A stretch of 64,000 nt of DNA from the NCBI GenBank assembly GCA_902464015.1, contig CABQHM010000001.1, forward strand, positions 91,244 through 155,243, given 5' to 3'. The DNA comes from an uncultured Coriobacteriales bacterium. GTDB lineage: Bacteria; Actinomycetota; Coriobacteriia; Coriobacteriales; UMGS124. Shown piece after piece: positions 1 through 7,622 of this stretch. Positions within the stretch are counted from its first letter, which is position 1. Each line of letters begins with the position of its first letter. The position numbers were made by a program, and so were the translations under genes. Below the pieces are notes generated by a model. It made no database searches. It was not told the DNA's origin and saw nothing but the letters and a program-made list of their open reading frames with translations.

Positions 1-1
1 G

Positions 2-415
2 AGGCGCGCGCTTGAGGTGAACGCCCCCGACGCAGACGACCCTCTCGACATGCTCGCAAAGCTGGGAGGCTTCGACATCGCAGGCCTTGTGGGACTCTAT
101 CTGGGGTGCGCTGTGCAGCGCATGCCCGTCGTCATCGACGGTTTCATCAGCTCGGTCGCAGCGCTTTTGGCCTGCCGCATCGCCCCTGCGAGCCGCGCCT
201 TCATGCTTGCCTCGCATCGCTCGGCCGAACCCGCGGCGGCGGCCGTGATGCGCGAGCTCGGCCTCTCCCCCATCATCGACGCTGGCATGCGCCTGGGCGA
301 GGGCACGGGGGCCGTGTGCCTCTTTCCCCTGCTCGACATGGCGTGCGCGCTTTACCGCGACGGCATGACGTTTGACGAGTACCACATGGACGCATACCAG
401 GAGCTGGGTAAATGA
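2..415 (+). CDS. cobT: Nicotinate-nucleotide--dimethylbenzimidazole phosphoribosyltransferase CobT, C-terminal part (5' end outside the window)
   Basis: The frame is open from base 2, so the GTG at 17 is only the first start-like codon. The sequence ...GGFDIAGLVGLYLGCA..PVVIDGFISSVAALLA..ASHRSAEPAAA..MRLGEGTGA matches the conserved CobT C-terminus. Its stop overlaps the next start (ATGA at 412). Confidence 0.8.
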   Translation, partial: RRALEVNAPDADDPLDMLAKLGGFDIAGLVGLYLGCAVQRMPVVIDGFISSVAALLACRIAPASRAFMLASHRSAEPAAAAVMRELGLSPIIDAGMRLGEGTGAVCLFPLLDMACALYRDGMTFDEYHMDAYQELGK

Positions 416-1125
416 TCTGCCTGGTGTGGGGTCCCTCGGCCAGCGGCAAGAGTGCCTGGGCCGAGACGCGGGCATGCGAGCTGGCGCAGGGCGCATCGAG
501 CGGGCAGGCGACGCCTGAGGCAGCGCCCGCCAACGGCGTGCGGCCCGCCCCAGATGAGACCGAGACGGCCGCCCCCGCGCGTCTCGCCTACTTCGCAACC
601 ATGCAGCGCGGCGGGCGCGAGGCTCAGGCGCGCATCGAAAAGCATCTGGCACAGCGGGCGGGAAAAGAATTCGTTACATATGAGACGCCCGTGCTTTCTG
701 CCCTAGCAGATACCCTGGTAGATGCGAGCGCGACCGTGCTTCTCGACGATTTGGGCAACCTTGTGGCCAACGAGATGTTCGGCGCGGAGACCCCGAACGC
801 AGACATCGAAGAACTTGCCGGGCGCATATGTGCGCGTTTGCTGGACCTCGCCGGACGCGTGCGCCACCTCGTGGTGGTAGCCGACGCCGTGGGCGAGGCG
901 GGCTGGCGGGGCGGCGGGCTCACCCTTGCGTGGATCGAGTGCTGTGAGACGTGCTGCTGCCTGCTTGCAAACGCCGCCGGCGAGGTCGTGGAGGTGCGCG
1001 GGGGCATCGCGCAAACGGTGAAGTCCCTGCGTCCGGCCCGCCTCGAGCAAATTGCCACAGAGACATTCACGAACCTGCCCACACATCCCTCACCACGAAA
1101 GGCCGCCCCATGCGACACCCGATAG
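412..1125 (+). CDS. cobU: Adenosylcobinamide kinase / adenosylcobinamide-phosphate guanylyltransferase (CobU/CobP family) with a low-complexity insert
   Basis: P-loop WGPSASGKSAWAE, an ARIEKHLAQR segment that contains a His, and LLDDLGNLVANE (CobU-like DClT.W..N). It sits between cobT and cobS. The C-terminal third is divergent and overlaps the cobS start by 16 nt. Confidence 0.7.
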   Translation: MICLVWGPSASGKSAWAETRACELAQGASSGQATPEAAPANGVRPAPDETETAAPARLAYFATMQRGGREAQARIEKHLAQRAGKEFVTYETPVLSALADTLVDASATVLLDDLGNLVANEMFGAETPNADIEELAGRICARLLDLAGRVRHLVVVADAVGEAGWRGGGLTLAWIECCETCCCLLANAAGEVVEVRGGIAQTVKSLRPARLEQIATETFTNLPTHPSPRKAAPCDTR

Positions 1126-1913
1126 AGAGCCTCCGTGCCGCCGGCCGCGCCGTGGCCATGGCGTTCTCCACGTTCTCTCGCATACCCATGCCCCAGATAT
1201 GCTGGGAAAAGGCCAACATGCGCTATCTTATGTGCGCCTTTGTGCTCGTGGGCGCGGTTGTGGGGGCGGCTCAGGTCGCCTGGCTTGCGCTTGCCGGCGC
1301 CTTGGGGCTCTCAAATCTTCTGCAAGGCGTGGGATACGTGCTTGTCGCCGTGGGCGTAACGGGCGGTATCCACCTCGACGGCCTCGCTGATGTGGCCGAC
1401 GCCCTTTCGAGCCACGCCGAACCCGCTCGCAAGGTTGAGATCATGAAGGACCCACACGCCGGCGCCTTTGCCCTCATCGCCCTTGTCTGCTACCTCATGG
1501 CGCAGGTGGCTCTTGCCGGCGAAGCAGGCATCTCGGGCGTGCGCGACCTCGTGGCGCTCGGCCTCATCCCCCTTGCCTCACGCTGTACAGCCGGCCTCGC
1601 CACACTTGTGCTGCCCAGCGCAAGCAAGCACGGCATGCAGCAGTCCTTCCGCGATGCGGGACGGACAGACACACGACCGCTTATACTGCTTGGCGCCGAG
1701 GGAGCCCTTGTGGCGTGCGCCATGGTGGCGGTGCGCCCTGTGTTCGGCCTGGTCGGCGTGGTCGTATGCGCTGCCTGCGCGGCACTCGCCGCCCGGCGTG
1801 CCCGCAAAGAATTCGGTGGCTTCAACGGCGACCAGGCGGGTTGTTTGCTCCAGACATGCGAGCTTGCGCTCCTCGCCCTGCTCGTGGTGGTCCAGAAGGC
1901 AGGACTTGCATGA
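1110..1913 (+). CDS. cobS: Adenosylcobinamide-GDP ribazoletransferase (cobalamin synthase) CobS
   Basis: Polytopic membrane protein. AMAFSTFSRIPMP and GGIHLDGLADVADAL are classic CobS motifs. I chose the internal ATG at 1110; the track ORF begins at 951 with an Arg-rich stretch that overlaps cobU. Confidence 0.85.
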   Translation: MRHPIESLRAAGRAVAMAFSTFSRIPMPQICWEKANMRYLMCAFVLVGAVVGAAQVAWLALAGALGLSNLLQGVGYVLVAVGVTGGIHLDGLADVADALSSHAEPARKVEIMKDPHAGAFALIALVCYLMAQVALAGEAGISGVRDLVALGLIPLASRCTAGLATLVLPSASKHGMQQSFRDAGRTDTRPLILLGAEGALVACAMVAVRPVFGLVGVVVCAACAALAARRARKEFGGFNGDQAGCLLQTCELALLALLVVVQKAGLA

Positions 1914-2311
1914 TTCTCATTGTGGGCGGGACAAGCTCGGGCAAGGCGACCTTTGCACGCAACCTCGCAGCACAGCATGGTTGGAGCGAGGACGACATCG
2001 CCTTCAACGTGGAAGAACTGCTGTGGGGGCAAGCCAAGGGCACCGACCAGATTACCCCGGCTGACGGCGATGCTGCCGACCATACCAGCAGCAAGGCCCT
2101 ATCGGCAACGCTCGAACTGCTTGAGCGGCTCGCGGCCAAAGAAATCGTCACCTGCTCTGAGGTGGGTGCAGGCATCGTGCCGCTCGACGCGCAGGAGCGC
2201 GCCTGGCGAGAGGCCGTGGGCCGCATGTCCTGCGAGCTGGCGAACCAAGCCGACGTCGTCGTGCGCATGGTCTGCGGCATCCCCGTCGTGCTCAAGGGAG
2301 AACTTGCATGA
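1910..2311 (+). CDS. Short CobU-like P-loop protein (133 aa), a truncated paralogue of adenosylcobinamide kinase
   Basis: ILIVGGTSSGKATFA P-loop plus a CobU-like C-terminus, SEVGAGIVPLD..R.WREAVGR..ELAN.ADVVV..VCGIPVVLKG. The central His-containing segment is missing. ATGA overlap with the cobS stop. Confidence 0.55.
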   Translation: MILIVGGTSSGKATFARNLAAQHGWSEDDIAFNVEELLWGQAKGTDQITPADGDAADHTSSKALSATLELLERLAAKEIVTCSEVGAGIVPLDAQERAWREAVGRMSCELANQADVVVRMVCGIPVVLKGELA

Positions 2312-3069
2312 ATGGCGCAGGTCGCACGGGATTGGCACCCAGCGCCCATGAACCCAGCCCCCTGCGCATCGCCCTCATCAGGCACGCGCCCACGCAGGGC
2401 AACCTGGAGGGACGCTATGTGGGCGCCACTGACGAGGACCTAGACGACCAGGGCCGCGCACGTGCCAGCGAGGCGGCCCCTGCGCTCTCCGGCCTGGCGC
2501 CCCGCCATCTCTTCACGAGCGGCATGCAGCGCTGCGACGAGACGGCGGTCATCCTCTTCCCAAAGCTGGTTCCTGCGCACCTGCCCGGCTTGGCCGAGAT
2601 GCACTTTGGAGCCTTTGAGGGCAAGACGTACGCCGAGATGGGCGAAGACGCGCGCTACCAGGCCTGGGTGGACTCGGGATGCACCGCGGCATGCCCCGGC
2701 GGCGAAGCGCAGGCAGAGTTTATCGCACGCGTGCGCACGGCGTTTGAGCAGGCACTCGACGACCTCGCAGGCGTGCAAGCAGGGAGCGGGAATCAGGGCT
2801 TGCAAGGCAGCGGGCGGCACGCAAACCGCGCAAGCCCGGATGCGCACAGGGACGCTCGCGCCATGGGAGCCGTAGACGCCGCTTTTCTTGTGCATGCAGG
2901 AACCATCATGGCGGCGATGTCGGAACTGGCAGAACCCAAGCGCAGCTACTGGGACTGGAAAACGACCTATTGTGCAGGCTTCGAGGCATGGGCACGGCAC
3001 GCGGAGAATGGCTGGCGACTCACAGATGTGCGGGAGCTGCCGCGTCGCATGGAGTATCATGGCGCCTGA
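2308..3069 (+). CDS. cobC: Alpha-ribazole phosphatase-like histidine phosphatase (CobC family)
   Basis: LRIALIRHAPTQGNLEGRYVGATDEDL (RHG-type phosphoglycerate-mutase-family motif) and FGAFEGKTYAEM. Located after cobS, with an ATGA overlap to the preceding gene. Contains a Gly/Gln-rich insert. Confidence 0.7.
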   Translation: MNGAGRTGLAPSAHEPSPLRIALIRHAPTQGNLEGRYVGATDEDLDDQGRARASEAAPALSGLAPRHLFTSGMQRCDETAVILFPKLVPAHLPGLAEMHFGAFEGKTYAEMGEDARYQAWVDSGCTAACPGGEAQAEFIARVRTAFEQALDDLAGVQAGSGNQGLQGSGRHANRASPDAHRDARAMGAVDAAFLVHAGTIMAAMSELAEPKRSYWDWKTTYCAGFEAWARHAENGWRLTDVRELPRRMEYHGA

Positions 3070-3084
3070 CCGTATCAAGCGCGA

Positions 3085-3275
3085 CACCCGGGGATTGTGC
3101 CTGGGTATTGCAGGGGGAACCGGGTGAGATTCCCGGACTAGGGACATAACTGTGAGGGCACGCGCCCGTAGTCAGATTACCCTGCCCGCCTGAGCGGCCA
3201 TCCCGCAAACGGGAGGCCGCGCACCGCATCCGCCCTGTGAACCCCGAGGCAGGTGCCTGCCAGAAGGCAACGCCG
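3085..3275 (+). promoter_or_regulatory. Cobalamin (B12) riboswitch
   Basis: Core elements read directly from the sequence: CAGGGGGAACCGGGTGAGATTCCCGG (3111-3136), ATAACTGTGAGG, and the B12 box GTAGTCAGATTACCCTGCC (3168-3186). It lies in the 265-nt gap upstream of the cbiK-like gene. The outer boundaries are approximate. Confidence 0.8.
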
Positions 3276-3334
3276 AGCCACACGTCCGGCGGGCCTTGGC
3301 GTGCGCGTACTCCACGAGAGAATTGGACACGCAC

Positions 3335-4237
3335 ATGTTCGAGACCGCACTTTCCCGTCGCACCGCCATCGCCGCAGGACTCACCGCCGCCGGCGCCAGC
3401 CTCGTCGCCCAGGCGGGCATCGCCCAGGCCGACGAGGCCAAGGCCCCCAAGCCCGTCATCCTCGTGGTGAGCTTCGGCACGAGCTACAACGACTCTCGCC
3501 ACATCACCATCGGTGCCATCGAGGACGCCATCCGCGAGGCCTACCCCGACTACGACGTGCGCCGCGCCTTCACCGCGCAGATCATCATCGACAAGCTCGC
3601 CGAGCGCGACGGCATCGTCATCGACAACTTCGAGCAGGCCATGGACAAGCTCGTGGAGGAGGGCGTGCAGAAGGTCATCGTGCAGCCCACCCACCTTATG
3701 GCCGGCTATGAGTACACCGACGTCCTCAACTCCCTGCAGAGCAATTACGCCGACAAGTTCGACGCCATCGTGCTGGGCGACCCGCTGCTCACGAGCGACG
3801 AGGACTATAGCGAGGTCGTTGAGGCCATCTGCGACGCCACGGCAGAATACGACGACGGTCAGACCGCCATCTGCTTCATGGGCCACGGCACCGAGGCCGA
3901 CTCCAACGGGGACTACACGCACCTGCAGCAGGTCCTGACCGACGCGGGCCACACGAGCTACTTCGTGGGCACCGTCGAGGCAACCCCCACGTTCGACGAC
4001 GTTGTCGAGGCCGCCCAGGCCGCCGGCTTCACCAAGGCCGTACTGCGCCCGCTCATGGTCGTCGCCGGCGACCACGCCAACAACGACATGGCCGACACCG
4101 AGGACCCCGACTCCTTTGCCAGCAAGTTCATCGCCGCTGGCTTTGAGGTCGAGTGCGTCGTCGAGGGCCTGGGCCAGCTCGTGGCCATCGACGACATCTA
4201 CGTGCGCCACGTGGCCGACGCCATCAACCAGCTCTAA
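3335..4237 (+). CDS. cbiK: CbiK-family sirohydrochlorin cobaltochelatase homologue with a twin-arginine signal peptide (predicted exported)
   Basis: MFETALSRRTAIAAGLTAAGASLVAQAGIAQA/DE is a Tat motif plus h-region plus AxA cleavage site. The mature part shows VILVVSFGTSY, VIVQPTHLMAGYEY and FMGHGTE, typical of CbiK. The track ORF starts at a TTG at 3296; I use the ATG at 3335. Confidence 0.8.
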   Translation: MFETALSRRTAIAAGLTAAGASLVAQAGIAQADEAKAPKPVILVVSFGTSYNDSRHITIGAIEDAIREAYPDYDVRRAFTAQIIIDKLAERDGIVIDNFEQAMDKLVEEGVQKVIVQPTHLMAGYEYTDVLNSLQSNYADKFDAIVLGDPLLTSDEDYSEVVEAICDATAEYDDGQTAICFMGHGTEADSNGDYTHLQQVLTDAGHTSYFVGTVEATPTFDDVVEAAQAAGFTKAVLRPLMVVAGDHANNDMADTEDPDSFASKFIAAGFEVECVVEGLGQLVAIDDIYVRHVADAINQL

Positions 4238-4267
4238 GCCTGCATAGCTTCCATATTTCAAGCAACA

Positions 4268-4319
4268 GGCCCCGCGTCGCACCGGCGTTTCCCCAGGCCG
4301 GCATGCATGGCGCGGGGCC
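4268..4319 (+). other. Intra-operon stem-loop (9-bp GC stem GGCCCCGCG / CGCGGGGCC); possible attenuator or processing site
   Basis: Inverted repeat 4268-4276 / 4311-4319 in the 97-nt gap between cbiK and the next gene, followed by CTTCCTCATTTCTGC. The loop is long (34 nt), so this is not a canonical terminator. Confidence 0.3.
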
Positions 4320-4334
4320 CTTCCTCATTTCTGC

Positions 4335-5264
4335 ATGAAGCGCATCATCCAAGGACAGCACATGACCTACAGCACACATCGCAACGCCATTGCACTCGCA
4401 GCGCTCAGTCTCACACTCCTCTGCGCGCCCCTGGCTTGGAACGCAGACCAGGCCCATGCTGCCGTGCGCATCCAGCCTGCCGCGACCCAGCAGGCTGGCG
4501 ATACCGGCAGTTCCTCCGACAAAGTAGCTCAGGGTGCGGCAGCGGCCCAGCAAGACCTGCCCGACACCAAGAAGCTCACCGCCGTGAAGGCCTCCGACCT
4601 TGAGGAGGGCACCTACACGATCGAAGTCGCCTCAAGCTCGAGCATGTTCCGCATCACCGAAGCAAAGCTCACCGTTGCTGACGGAAAAATGACCTGCGAG
4701 CTCACCATGAGCGGCAAAGGCTACGGCAAGCTTTTCATGGGCACGGGCGAGCAGGCCGCACAGGCCGACGAGAAGGACTGCATCCCCTACGTGGACAATG
4801 CGGGCGGCACGCACTCCTTCACGGTGCCGGTGGAGGCGCTCAACACCGAGATCGACTGCGCCGCGTGGAGCATCAAGAAAGAGTCCTGGTACGACCGCAC
4901 CCTGGTGTTCCTCGCCGACACGCTGAAGCCTGCCGAGGCCACGCTTGCCAACGGTACCTACACGGCCAGCGTGGCGCTTGAGGGCGGCACGGGCCGCGCG
5001 AGCGTAGAGACGCCCTGCACCCTCAAGGTGGAGAAGGGTGCCATGACCGCCACCGTGGTGTGGTCGAGCCCCAACTACGACCAGATGGTCGTGAACGGCA
5101 CGCAATACCTTCCCGTGAACAAGACCGGCAACTCGACGTTCGAGATCCCCGTGGCGGCGCTCGACACGCCCCTGGCCGTGCAGGCCGAGACGTGCGCGAT
5201 GAGCGAGCCGCACATGATTGACTACACGCTCACCTTCTCCGCACCCGTCGCGCAGAAGGGCTAG
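4335..5264 (+). CDS. Secreted protein with two tandem ~105-aa beta-rich domains; family unknown (candidate tetrapyrrole-binding surface protein)
   Basis: Signal peptide ...AIALAALSLTLLCAPLAWNADQAHA/AV (alternative start at ATG 4362). There is an internal repeat: aa 85-197 and aa 200-305 align (GTYT..V, [KT]L.V..G.MT, F..PV.AL.T, D.TL.F). I recognise no enzyme motif. Confidence 0.6.
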   Translation: MKRIIQGQHMTYSTHRNAIALAALSLTLLCAPLAWNADQAHAAVRIQPAATQQAGDTGSSSDKVAQGAAAAQQDLPDTKKLTAVKASDLEEGTYTIEVASSSSMFRITEAKLTVADGKMTCELTMSGKGYGKLFMGTGEQAAQADEKDCIPYVDNAGGTHSFTVPVEALNTEIDCAAWSIKKESWYDRTLVFLADTLKPAEATLANGTYTASVALEGGTGRASVETPCTLKVEKGAMTATVVWSSPNYDQMVVNGTQYLPVNKTGNSTFEIPVAALDTPLAVQAETCAMSEPHMIDYTLTFSAPVAQKG

Positions 5265-5268
5265 ACGG

Positions 5269-6567
5269 ATGACCCAGAGCCGCGAACGCACACGCACATG
5301 GCCTGCGAAAACCCTCACACGCAGGGATTTCATCGACTTAGCCGCTGCTGCTGGCGCAGGTGCGGCGTGCGTTGCGGCTCTGGGACTTGCGGGATGCTCT
5401 TGCGCCGACGACGGCGAGGTCGCAAACGGCGCGGCGACGTCGGCGAACCAGACGAGCGGCTCTGATGGGGACAACCCTGCGAGCGCCGAGCGTCCCTCGT
5501 GGAGCAACCCCGAGGTGGGAGGCAACCTTGTGCACACGGGCAGCCTCGACCTCGCCTGGGCCACAGGCTTCACCGTGGACCTCTACGAGGGAGACCGCGC
5601 CCTTGTCTGCATCGCCGACGGCACGCGCTACCTTTTTGTGCCCGCAGGCGATGCGTCCCAGGAAATCGCCGACGACATCACGGTGCTTGAGCGGCCCCTT
5701 TCGAACATCTACCTCGCAAGCTCCTCAACGCTGTGCCTCTTTGCGGCCCTCGACGCCGTGGATTGCGTGAGCCATGTGAGCGTCACGCAGGAAACTTGTA
5801 CGGTAGAGGCGTTTACGCAGGCCATCGCCTCGGGGGACATCGTCTACGGCGGCAAGTACAGCGCACCCGACTACGAGGCGTTTCTCAACGGCGGCTGCAG
5901 GCTCGCCGTGGAGAACACGATGATCTACCACACCCCCGAGGTGCGCGAGAAGCTCATGCAGCTCGGCGTTCCCGTCATCGTTGAACAATCGAGCCTGGAG
6001 AGCGCCCCGCTCGGCAGGCTCGAATGGATCATGCTGTGGGGCGCCATGCTCGACAAGGTGTCGGCGGCCCAAGAGGTTCTCGACAGGCAAGCCCAGCTTA
6101 TCGCAGACGTTGAGGCGCGTGTGGCAGCCCAGCCGCTCGACTGCACCGTCGCCTTCTTCTACATCAACGCCAACGGCGCGGCCGTGGTGCGAAAACCCGG
6201 CGACTACGTGGCGAAGATGATTGCCATGGCGGGCGGCACCTACGCGTTTGCCCAGCTCGCAGGCGCTGACGAGAACCGTTCCTCCTCCACCACGCTCGAG
6301 ATGGAGGCGTTCTACGCCCAGGCAAAAGACGCTGACGTCATCATCTACAACTCCACGGTGGCAGGCAGGCTCAAAGGACTCGACGAGCTTGTGGCGCTCA
6401 ACCCCTTGCTCGCTGACTTCAAGGCCGTCAAGAACCGCCGGGCCTGGTGCTGCGAGCAGAACGTCTACCAGCAGATGACTGCGACGGGCGAAGTGGTGGC
6501 CGACCTGCACGAGGCGATAGCCGACACCGAACGCGATGAGCTCACCTTCTTCTTCAGGCTCACATGA
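5269..6567 (+). CDS. ABC transporter substrate-binding lipoprotein, BtuF/FecB (periplasmic binding protein type 2) family, with Tat-type signal
   Basis: TRRDFIDLAAAAGAGAACVAALGLAGC is a twin-Arg motif plus a lipobox Cys. The body resembles cluster-A binding proteins (IYLASSS, PVIVEQS, WIMLWGAML, DVIIYNS). ATG at 5269; the track start at 5218 is Arg-rich and overlaps the previous gene. Confidence 0.8.
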   Translation: MTQSRERTRTWPAKTLTRRDFIDLAAAAGAGAACVAALGLAGCSCADDGEVANGAATSANQTSGSDGDNPASAERPSWSNPEVGGNLVHTGSLDLAWATGFTVDLYEGDRALVCIADGTRYLFVPAGDASQEIADDITVLERPLSNIYLASSSTLCLFAALDAVDCVSHVSVTQETCTVEAFTQAIASGDIVYGGKYSAPDYEAFLNGGCRLAVENTMIYHTPEVREKLMQLGVPVIVEQSSLESAPLGRLEWIMLWGAMLDKVSAAQEVLDRQAQLIADVEARVAAQPLDCTVAFFYINANGAAVVRKPGDYVAKMIAMAGGTYAFAQLAGADENRSSSTTLEMEAFYAQAKDADVIIYNSTVAGRLKGLDELVALNPLLADFKAVKNRRAWCCEQNVYQQMTATGEVVADLHEAIADTERDELTFFFRLT

Positions 6568-7622
6568 CACACGAAAGGCGCACGATGAGGCACACAGACA
6601 GCTGGCGAGACAGCAAGCGGCGATTCGTCGTGACCATGGTGCTGGCAAGCCTGGTGCTGGTGGCGCTTCTGTGCGCGAACCTGTGCATCGGGTCGGTGGG
6701 CATGAGCCCTGCCGAGCTGCTGGGAGCGCTCGCAGCAGGCCCGGGGGCAAGCGGCCTTGAAGCGAGCGTCATCTGGCAGATACGCCTGCCCCGCGCCGTG
6801 AGTGCCGCCATTCTCGGCGGGGCGCTTGCGTGCTCGGGCTTCTTGCTGCAGACCTTCTTCAACAACCCCATCGCGAGCCCCTACATCCTGGGCATCTCGG
6901 CAGGCGCCAAGTGCGCACTGGCCGCCGTGACGATCTGCGTCATCGGAGCAGGCGGGGCGCTTGCGTCCTGGCAGGTGGTGGGCGCGGCGTTTGTGGGCTC
7001 GCTGGCGGCAACCGCCCTGGTACTGGGCTTGTCAACAAAGATTCGCTCTATGAGCATGCTCATTGTCGCCGGCGTGATGGCAGGCTATGTCTTCAACGCG
7101 ATCACCGACTTCCTCGTGACCTTTGCAAGCGACCAGAACATCGTGAACCTGCACAACTGGGCCCTGGGCAGCTTCTCGGGGGCTACCTGGAGCCAGGTGG
7201 GCGTTGAGGCAGCCGTGTGCGCCGCGGGCTTCGCGGCCTCGATGGCGCTGGCAAAACCTATGGCGGCTTTCCAGCTCGGCGAGGGCTACGCCAAGAGCGT
7301 CGGCGTCAACGTGCGGCTCTTCCGCGCGGCGCTCATCGCCGTGGCAAGCCTTTTGGCCGCCTGCGTCACCGCTTATGCCGGCCCCGTGGGATTCGTGGGC
7401 ATCGCGGTGCCCTACCTGGCGCGTACGGCGCTTGCCTCCTCGAAGCCCGTGCGCGCAGTGCCGGCGTGCCTGGTGATGGGGGCTGCCTTCTGCCTTCTGT
7501 GCGACCTGGTGGCGCGCACGCTCTTCTCCCCCACCGAGCTCAACCTGGGCACGGTCACAGCCGTGTTCGGCGCACCGGTGGTCATCACGCTCATGATGCG
7601 CCGCACCCGGGAGGGACGTTAA
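6564..7622 (+). CDS. FecCD/BtuC-family ABC transporter permease
   Basis: About 10 hydrophobic helices. IRLPRAVSAAILGGALACSGFLLQ, NPIASPYILGISAGA and GPVGFVGIAVPYLAR are FecCD signatures. ATGA overlap with the binding-protein gene. Confidence 0.85.
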   Translation: MTHERRTMRHTDSWRDSKRRFVVTMVLASLVLVALLCANLCIGSVGMSPAELLGALAAGPGASGLEASVIWQIRLPRAVSAAILGGALACSGFLLQTFFNNPIASPYILGISAGAKCALAAVTICVIGAGGALASWQVVGAAFVGSLAATALVLGLSTKIRSMSMLIVAGVMAGYVFNAITDFLVTFASDQNIVNLHNWALGSFSGATWSQVGVEAAVCAAGFAASMALAKPMAAFQLGEGYAKSVGVNVRLFRAALIAVASLLAACVTAYAGPVGFVGIAVPYLARTALASSKPVRAVPACLVMGAAFCLLCDLVARTLFSPTELNLGTVTAVFGAPVVITLMMRRTREGR

